DNA of 64,000 bases from Octopus sinensis (taxonomy: Eukaryota), in the NCBI RefSeq assembly GCF_006345805.1, contig NC_043020.1, forward strand, positions 23,808,001-23,872,000. The letters run 5' to 3'. The translations under genes and the position numbers were made by a program. Under the pieces are notes generated by a model, which saw only the letters and a list, made by a program, of their open reading frames with translations, was not told where the DNA came from and searched no databases. Of this stretch, positions 54,376-64,000 are shown in pieces (within the stretch, counting starts at the first letter, position 1; the number at the start of each line of letters is the position of its first letter).

Positions 54376-54834
54376 TATACGAAAGAAGGTTTGAAAATGC
54401 AATTTTAAAATATGTTTATTTACTTTACCGGCTTCACTCTTTGGAAAAAGATTGTCAAAAGTAACATGTAAAAGTTTGGTTGCGTTAATTATTGGTTGTT
54501 GCAAATTGCTACATTACATATATACAGTCTTTGGTAACAAGGACATGTTAATGACATAAAAAAGTTTAACAAGTTCCTTAAAATTGGGCACAAAAGATTA
54601 CTACATAAATAATCATTCTCAAGAACATGCTTAAGATAGTTTCCAGAAGGAATTATTAAAAAGTTCAGTGGGATACCAAAGACTGTATATATGTAATGTA
54701 GCAATTTGTAACAACCAATAATTAACGCAACCAAACTTCTATATGTTACTTTTGACAATCTTTTTCCAAAGAGTGAAGCCGGTAAAGTAAATAAACATCT
54801 TTTAAAATTGCATTTTCAAACCTTCTTTCGTATA
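54376..54834. mobile_element. Inverted element with 161-bp arms, each carrying a U3-A8 HHR-like motif (54420-54464 minus, 54746-54790 plus)
   Basis: Arms 54376-54536 and 54674-54834; motif TTACTT-TTGACAA-..-GAAG-CCGG-TA^AAGTAA. Confidence 0.72.
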
Positions 54835-54901
54835 CACACACACACACACACAACACACACACATACACACACACACAACACACACACACACACACACACA
54901 C

Positions 54902-54943
<42 letters not shown>

Positions 54944-55091
54944 AGCGTGGAACCACTAAGACGTCCGTCTCGGAAACTAACTGATGAGAAAGTCAGCTGC
55001 AACTGTTCCTTGTATCATGTTTTTGTCCCCCTTTTCTGTCCGTTATGTTTCCGCCCAGTTTTCCTCTGATTTTCATTTCTCTGTCTAACTT

Positions 55092-55124
<33 letters not shown>

Positions 55125-55129
<5 letters not shown>

Positions 55130-55330
55130 AAAATTATAGAAAAACAAAAGACGAAGACAGATGTATGAAGAACAAACAAGTGTATTAGTTTGACGCGCGG
55201 GAATAAATGAAAAAGTCTTTTAGGTTTCGAGCCTACGCTCTTCAACAGAAAGTAATATGAGAAAATAAACGGAGAGAGAATGAAAAAACTTGTGGAGTTC
55301 AGCGGTTTGTATATATGTGAATTATACGAA
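55125..55330 (-). mobile_element. Terminal-repeat unit of the CUGUNGA family (degenerate motif 55218-55251)
   Basis: Homologous to 49231-49430. Confidence 0.62.
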
Positions 55331-55563
55331 CATTTAGTATATATGTTTTCCTGTGTGTATTCATGAATGCATATATGCATGTTCATGTGTAATCGTGCAA
55401 ACGCATGAATATAAGTCTGTACATGTGTCTACATGAATCTCTGTCTGTATATTTATGTGTATATATTCAAATGTATGCTGTTTCATGTATGTATCTACGT
55501 GCGGATGTACGTATGTATGTATGTATGTATGTATGTATGTATGTATGTATGTTTGTATGTATG

Positions 55564-55596
<33 letters not shown>

Positions 55597-56623
55597 TATA
55601 TATATATATATATATACAGACATTTATATATATATATATATATAATATATTATATATATATATATATACACACATTTCTATATGTATGTATGCATGTATA
55701 TGCGAATGTAGTATGCATATATGTATGTATGCATGTATGTATGAATATATGTATATATGTCTGTATGTATATATGTATGAATGTATGCATGCATGTATGT
55801 ATGCATGTATGTGTGTATGTATGTTTCTATGTATATATGTATGTGTGTGTACAAATGAAAAAAGCGAAAGACTGTTCTGAGAACAAAAGTCAGACGATGT
55901 TGCAAAGAGAGGCAGTCAGCGAGGGGGGCGGGAGGCTGGGAATATCCTTAGCAATGCCTTTGGAGTCCAGCATGTGTGTGCGTGTATGTATGCGAACTCA
56001 ATGTGTATATATGCGTGTGTGTTTGTGTATGAATGTAAGGATTTGTATATGCAAACGTACGCATATACTCAGGCACATACACACACACTAATATATTCAC
56101 GTATATACACAACCACATACATGCATTTATTCTTGTGTTTACTTTTATACATAGACGAAAATGCAATCAGACATAAATGAATATTTATATCTGTGATTAT
56201 GCGTTTATGCATGTGTACGTATATGTATATATATATATACATATACATACATACATATATATATGTATATATATATGTGTGTATATATATATATACGTAC
56301 ATATATGTATATATACGTATATATACATACATATATGTATATATATATATATATTATCTATATATATATATATAATTATATATATATATATATGTTTGTG
56401 TGTAAAAGTTACATATATGTGGATATAAACATTAGTTTTCACACACACACACACACACACCACAGACACTCACACACACAATACATTATATATGCATATA
56501 TCTATATTACATATATATATGATATATAAATATATATGTATATGCATTTACATATATATTCCATTGTCTATGTTCCTATATATATGTACATATATGCTTA
56601 TGTGTGTTTATATATATATATAT

Positions 56624-56663
<40 letters not shown>

Positions 56664-56739
56664 GCGTATGCATATGTGTATGCACATGTGTGTGTGTAGG
56701 AAATTTACTAAGCAAACTTCTCAATCGCCACACTCTCTA

Positions 56740-56809
<70 letters not shown>

Positions 56810-56916
56810 ACGCACAGATGTTTACGTATACCTATGAAGTTTTTGTTGTATAAAGTTGTGTATATATTAATGCCTTGAAGTGTACGTTTGTACATATCAG
56901 TGCTTGTGTTTGTGTG

Positions 56917-56965
<49 letters not shown>

Positions 56966-58013
56966 TTGTGTGTGTGTGTTTGTTTGTGTACATATATGAA
57001 TATGTCGTTGTGGTTATGTCTGCCTATGTACAGATGCACGTATATGTCTCTGTATGTGTGTCTGTGTGCTTATGTTTCTTTGTGTGTATGTTTATATGTG
57101 TGCTTGTATGTGCGTATCACTGTGTGTATATTCAGATAATCTCCGGATGAAGAGGCACAGTTAATGTGTGTTTAACATTAGCGATAAAAATGCAAAAACA
57201 TGCACATATTTACCCATCCGTGCAATATTAGCTCTTCTTCTCCCACATCCCTATACAAACGCCACCCCTTCAAAACCTTCCCATCAAACCACGCAACGAA
57301 CCATCGGACCATTTAAGCAATAAACCAAGCCATCCACCGACCGTTCATTCGTTCATTCATCTCGCTATCTTTTAACAACATGGCGACCAACATTACTTGT
57401 TCAAGCCTCGTTTTCATTTCACATTTCTCATCGCCCATAACGTTATCTGTTTAATTCTTATTGCTTTGCTCTGCTGTTGCTTACTCGTTTGTTTTTATTT
57501 CTGCTTCTTCTTCTCCCTATTATTTTTAATGTTAATGCTAATGTTACTGCTAGTGTTATTGATGATGTACATGTTCGTTGTTGTAGAAGTTGTTATTGTA
57601 GTTGTTGCCGATGTCGGGGGATATTATTCTGTCCTTGTTTCTACACATTACCGTTAATGTTTCTCGTACCCCATTTTCTTTTCAAACCGTTGTCTTTCTG
57701 GCTGTTGTTGTTGTTGTTGTTGTTATTTAATGTATTCATACTGTTGCTATTTGATGTTGTTATTACTAAAGCTGTTTATACAATACGTATTTATGTTATT
57801 CTTGCATAATTTCCCCGTTTGGTGTTGTTTCTTTCTGGTTTTTATTTAGCACCAGGACAGGCAAGATCCAACAAACTTATTATAATCGACGACGTTCCAT
57901 CTGTGCCCAACCTGCAGTTTTGTACATAACAGTCCTTCCATTTAAAGTGTAATCTGAGAGTCTTGGTTGCAGTTGCTATTCTTTCAAAATATTGTCTTGT
58001 ATTTACTATTGTA

Positions 58014-58055
<42 letters not shown>

Positions 58056-58225
58056 TATTATTATTATTATTATTATTATATTATCAGCATTGTTGCTGTT
58101 GTTAAATCAGTTGTTAGTGTTGCTGCCCGTTTTGTTATCTCATGGTGTTGTGCTGCAGTTGGTATTACGATTTTTTTGTTAACTATTCCACGTAATGTTC
58201 TCGCCTTTTTTTTCCATTTCTCTTC

Positions 58226-58264
<39 letters not shown>

Positions 58265-58301
58265 TATATACACAGACACACATATAATATATTATATGTA
58301 C

Positions 58302-58389
<88 letters not shown>

Positions 58390-59170
58390 CACATATATAT
58401 AAGTATATGTATACATGTATACATGGATATATATATACATACATATATATGTACATACATATATATATATATATATAACATATATATATACCTATCTATC
58501 TATATATATACTACATATATATATATATATATATATAGATATTATATATATACATATATATATGTATATATATATATGTATGTATATATGTATATATATA
58601 TGCTTTGTCGTTACTACGTCGATTTGTTGCTGTAGTTGTTGTTACGCCTCTCCTTTTATTCACATTTCTCTTAATGTTGTTCTCGTTTTTATGGTCGATG
58701 TTACACATTTGCAAGTTAATATTACTGAGTCTGCCAAAACTTATCTTGTTATTTATCGTTGCTGTTGTTGATGATGTTGGCGGTTATAACGTTAATGTTG
58801 TTGATATTGCAGCTGTTATCGTCAATGCTGCTGTTGTTGTTGTTGTTGGTGGTGGTGGTGTTTTTAATACTATTATTGGTATTGGCGTTGTTGATGTCAT
58901 CATTGGTGAAGATGTTGTTGTTATAACTGTTGTTGTCGCCATCGTCTACGCCATCGTCTACGCCACCGTCATTGTTGTTACTTTAGATGTTGTTGTTGTT
59001 GTTGTAGTTTCCCTCGCTGTTACGTTTTATACATTACGCCATTAACATAGTTCACCCTTAATTTACATGTTGCTGTTTCTTGTTGCCATGGCAATGCATG
59101 CAAATGGTTGTTATATATATATAGCATGTATGTATATACCTATATACATATATGTTCACCCCTCTCTCTA

Positions 59171-59206
<36 letters not shown>

Positions 59207-60045
59207 TGTATGTATGTATGTATGTATGTATGTATGTATGGAGAGAGAAACACGACGAAACAAATAAACACACACAGAGACAAAGGGACAGACAAACGGA
59301 GAGAAACAAAGAAATAGAGGGTAGGTGAGAGAGAAGGAGAGTGAAAGAAAGAAAGAAAAAGAGAGAGAGAGAGAGTTGACATCTCCCTTGCATTGACTTC
59401 AAATCCTGACCGAAACAAATGTTATTTCTTTTCGATTTTTTAAATTTTATTTTAACTCCAGAGAAATTTAATTGCTGTTAAAAAAGGAAACAACAAAAAT
59501 CCAAAATGGCGGCAGTTAATTAACAGTTTTCTTAGCAACGGAAGGTAGCAGGACCGCATCCAACGACCTAGTTTTCAGCATCACCAACATGCTGCCCCTT
59601 GCAGTGTTTGTCGTTGCTGTTGCTGTGTACCCTTAGACCAACCTTGATCAAGCAGATCTGAGCCAAGCCATTCATGACCATCGCGTCTTTTCGCATATTT
59701 TTCAGATGCAGTCAACACGTTAGCACAGTCGTTACGATCTGTAGGAAAGACAACTTGGATTGTAAGATGAGGGAGATTTGGCGACTATTTCTAGCGGATC
59801 AGGCTCATACGCAGAGGATTCGTCATGGCTTGCCATGTGTGTTGTATTGTTGCAGATGTCATCACCGTCGTCATCGTTGCAGCAGCAGCTGCATTAGTAG
59901 TAGTAGTGGCGGCGGTGGTGGTGGTAGTAATAGTAGTAGTGGTAATAATAGTTGTGGTAGTAGTAGCGGGGGGGGGGCTGCTGATAATAGAAATAATGAA
60001 GATGGTAATAGTGGTGGTAGCAGCAGTAGCAGCAGCAACAGGAGC

Positions 60046-60088
<43 letters not shown>

Positions 60089-60299
60089 TGCTGTTAACGT
60101 TTGTCTCGCCGTCAACGTTGTGTTCATCGTCGTCCTCGGTCTTCTTCTCGTTGTTGCTGATATTGTTGTTGTTGTTGTTGCCATGCAGTCAAAAACCCGA
60201 CTTTTATTATCAGACATTTTTAAGACTTCAAAACTATTTCTAAAAATATACATATATTTGTACTTTTTCTTTCAAAGATCAAAGACAGATGATGATCGC

Positions 60300-60560
60300 T
60301 TTGCCTTCAACGATGAATGTCGTCTTGTTCGTCATTCATCATTCAATCAATCATTAAACTGGCTTCTGTGGCGACGATCATATTCCCCACCTGGACGTGA
60401 CGCCGGCCCATGCCAGAATTACTCATTATCGCTTGCTGAATACACCTGAGCAACGTGAAATGAAGTGTTTTGCTCAAACGTGCAATGTATCGTTCGTGCC
60501 AGGAATCGAAACCGTAATCTTACGATCATGAGTCCACCACACGCCTTACCACTAACCCAC
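60300..60560 (-). mobile_element. Third tRNA-like SINE, degenerate
   Basis: Reverse complement TTAGTGGTAAGGCG..GGTTTCGATTCCTGG gives A- and B-box-like motifs. Confidence 0.5.
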
Positions 60561-60652
60561 TCGCCTCCACAAAGTGTAAATAAAAAACAACAAGACATCC
60601 ATTTTTAGTTAGATATAAAGATGAGCTTTTCGTATTAATACTGTTTTCGTCA

Positions 60653-60858
60653 AGGGGGCGAGCTGGCAGAATCGTTGGCACGCCGGGCGAAATGCTTAGC
60701 GGTATTTCGTCTGTCTTTATGTTCTGAGTTCAAATTCTGCCGAGGTCAACTTTGCTTTTCATATTTCCGTGGGGGTCGATGCGTACTTGGGTCGATCTAA
60801 TCGACTGGATACTTCACCAAAAATTTCGTGCTTTGTTCCTAGAGTGGAAAAGAATAAT
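60653..60858 (+). mobile_element. SINE family B with a third tail type
   Basis: GGCGAGCTGGCAGAATCGTTGGCACGCCGGGCGAAATGCTTAGCGG..GAGTTCAAATTC; ends ..GTTCCTAGAGTGGAAAAGAATAAT. Confidence 0.82.
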
Positions 60859-60870
60859 GTTTCCGTCGCT

Positions 60871-60905
<35 letters not shown>

Positions 60906-60963
60906 AGGGAGATTTGGGACTATTTCTTGCAGATCAGGCTAGAAATATATTATATATATATAG

Positions 60964-60995
<32 letters not shown>

Positions 60996-61199
60996 ATATA
61001 AGGTTGAAAGATAATACACGAGTGATAAGGCAAAGTAGAAAATGCTAAATAATAAAAAAAAAAGCATGTTATTTGTTGTTCAATTTAATTGTTTTCTTGC
61101 TTTACTCTAAGTTGAAAAAATTGAAAAGACCGGTACTGAAATGTTTTTCATGATAAAATTATTTTAGCATTTTTTACAATTATCTTATTTTCTTTATAC

Positions 61200-61248
<49 letters not shown>

Positions 61249-61265
61249 CGTGTGTGCGTGCGTGT

Positions 61266-61297
<32 letters not shown>

Positions 61298-63753
61298 AAG
61301 GAGAACTGAAGGGAGAATAGAAAACAGTTAAGACACCCGGGTACTGCAACATTGACAGCAACCGAATTATACCATCCCAACTACTGCTGTCACATTCTAC
61401 ATCATTATCCTCCTCCTCATCGTTTTCATGAGACAGTCACGAAATCTCCATTTGGTCGTTTCATCTGCAAGAAACAGTAGCCAACCAAAATCTCCCTCAA
61501 ACCATGCTGGGCACGTTGTGGACATGCTGGACAATGAAGTTGTGGGAACACTTACGACTGGAAGAAAAATGGAATGGCCATGGTTAGACTGTCTGCGAAC
61601 ATACCTGAGCGTGACGGTAGACATGACTCTAAGGAATAATCTCCCCCCCCTCCGGTACCACCACTCGTGCGACCTCCACACTTTCACCATCATCACAGCC
61701 AACTCGATCGCCATTATGACGGCCGTCTCAGTCGTGGCTAACGCCACTACCTCTACCACCATAACAGCCTGCTCACCACCGCCACCACCACTATTAACAC
61801 CACAACCACCATGACCGCTACCATCGCCTTCACCACTACCAACAATACTGCCGCCGCTAACAACACCACATCACATATAGCAACACTGCCCACGTTACTT
61901 ACACCACCACCACCATCACCACCACTACCACCGCCATCACCGCAACCATCACCACCACAACCACCAACACCACAATCACCAGCTATACCACCGGAACCAT
62001 CACCCCCATCCCCATCACAACCACCATCATCACCATCACTACGAAGAACTACACTGCCTCCGCGAACACCATGATGATAACTTACATCATCACCACCACC
62101 ATCACCACCACCATCACCACCACCATTACCGCCGCCACCGCCATTACTGAAGCAGCAAGATTAACTACGCCATACCACGCCACACTAACCAACTGCTGGA
62201 ACAGCAGCATGACTAATATCACCACTACCACTCATATACTACTGCCTGTGCCACAATCTGAACTACACTACCACCAAAACCATTGCACAGACACTAATGT
62301 AACAGAAGTATTAATTACCACAGCATTTGGTGTACCGCCTCGGTCAACACATCTACCACTACCACCACCCCAACTCCTCCACTACCACCACAGCAACCAC
62401 CAAGACTTCTACTACCACTAACATTAGCATACCAACGTATTTTATGTACCATTAATGGAATGCCTCTACAACAACAGCAGCAACAACAATAATGGGAAAG
62501 GCAACAAAAACAACAACAACAACAATAACAACAACAATAACAATAACAATAACAATAACAACAACAACAGTTAGCAGCAGTATCAACAACAATAACAGCA
62601 GAAATTTAACCAAAATAAAATTTGCAACAACAAAAACAACAACGATATCAACAGTGATAACAGAAGCAACAACAACAAGAAAAACAGCAGTAAGAATAAC
62701 AACAACAACAACAACAACAAGTTTACCTTGAAGAAGTGCAAGGATAATAGAGTATGGCAGATTATTAGTTGTTCAATGAACACAAAGTACCTATCAGGGT
62801 GGAATTTTAATAAAGTGACTGTTTCATTTTGGTCATATCAGACAAGAATTTTCAGAACATAATTCTTATCTTTTCACCCCGACCCTATCGCTATTCTGAC
62901 TAATTCTTTCCCTTCATCTCTCCTCTACATCTCTCTCTCTCTCTTTCTCTCTCCCTAATTTCTGTCTGTCTCTCAGCCTCTCACTTACATTGGTTTCTCT
63001 TTCCCTTTGCTTCTATCTCACAGACGCTCATCTTCTTCAAGCTCTTTCTCTTCGTCTTCCCCTTTGTATCTCTTCCATCGCCGTTTATTATAACACTTTC
63101 GCCATGTTTAACATCTGCTAAGAGAATGCGCATTAATGCGGCAGTTTATTGGTCGTCTGTTTTCTTTGAAACAAGACCTAGACTGATTTCTTTCGATATA
63201 TAACGGCGCTTTTGGACTAAAAAGAAGAAAGAAAAAGAAAAGAAAAGAGAAAGAAATCGAAGGGAAAAGAAGAGAGAAGAAAATAATGAAAAATAAAATA
63301 AAAGAACGAACAAAGAAAAAGAAAATAGAAAAGAAAAGGAGAGGAAAAGAAAGTCAAAGATGAGGAATTTCAAAAGCGAAACTTGCTTTTATATTCAGCA
63401 CCATTTAACTGCTTTCTAAAGTGACTGGCGAAATCAAACAAACGTCTGGTTTCGATGCATTTCATAGAACCGTCACAAACTTATATTTCGATCAAGAAGC
63501 CATCTGCATTTGGATGCAGTCAAAGCGCCACATTCAACATGGTGGAAAAGGGTAGAAAAACGGTGGGGAAACAAGATGAGAACCAGTCGTTTTCTCATTT
63601 CAGCGTTCCCTATTTTCTCTACCCCACCTCAATCTCTCTCCTTAATTTTACAAACGTGTTTTCCACAGATATGCATATTTATGTTAGTAGATATTATAGG
63701 TGTGTATGTGAGCATAACTATAAAAAGACATATAATGCATATATAAGCGTCCA

Positions 63754-63827
<74 letters not shown>

Positions 63828-63843
63828 CTTTCTGACTTTCATG

Positions 63844-63884
<41 letters not shown>

Positions 63885-64000
63885 TACTTCATGAAAGTCA
63901 GAAAGCATTAGAGGTGAATAGTTTTTTTTATTTAACTATTTGACATGCTTAGGTTTACGACTGTTTCACAGCCTTCATCATGTAATAATTTCAGTGTTGA

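Noticed and set aside
54960-55000. GAAAC..CTGATGAGAAA as a hammerhead
   Set aside because: The spacing leaves no room for stems in any topology.
61397-62421. 128-aa ORF and neighbouring Pro/Thr-rich ORFs as a host gene
   Set aside because: Built from repeat remnants and (ACC)n-type low-complexity sequence, with no domain or splice support.
63826-63907. 19-bp perfect inverted repeat around a (TA)n core
   Set aside because: Real but single-copy here and too short to classify; possibly a collapsed MITE.

Overview
Repeat-saturated, AT-rich animal genomic DNA. The SINE and microsatellite profile resembles a coleoid cephalopod such as Octopus (my inference, not verifiable here). I found no recognisable host protein-coding exon; nearly all ORF-track entries are translations of (TA)n, (CA)n, (TATC)n, (AAT)n and similar repeats. 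The real coding content is transposon-derived: a full-length but disrupted Tx1/L1-type LINE (37283-43526) plus three partial copies, all abutting (TATC)n; a near-complete Penelope-like element (RT + GIY-YIG, 29400-31690) plus three GIY-YIG fragments; an R4/Dong endonuclease fragment inside (AAT)n; and Tc1/mariner and pogo remnants. The main hidden signal is about 20 hammerhead-ribozyme (HHR)-like motifs found by eye on both strands. They sit in Penelope terminal repeats and in small non-coding units that are tandem, terminally redundant or inverted (193, 340, 430 and 566 bp periods, plus a 314-bp TIR element). Their cores show C3-G8, U3-A8 and A3-U8 covariation as well as recurrent A6U and U4C variants. 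Together they suggest a diverse family of retrozyme-like, possibly circRNA-forming elements mobilised by Penelope RT. All folds were derived by hand and no cleavage activity has been shown.
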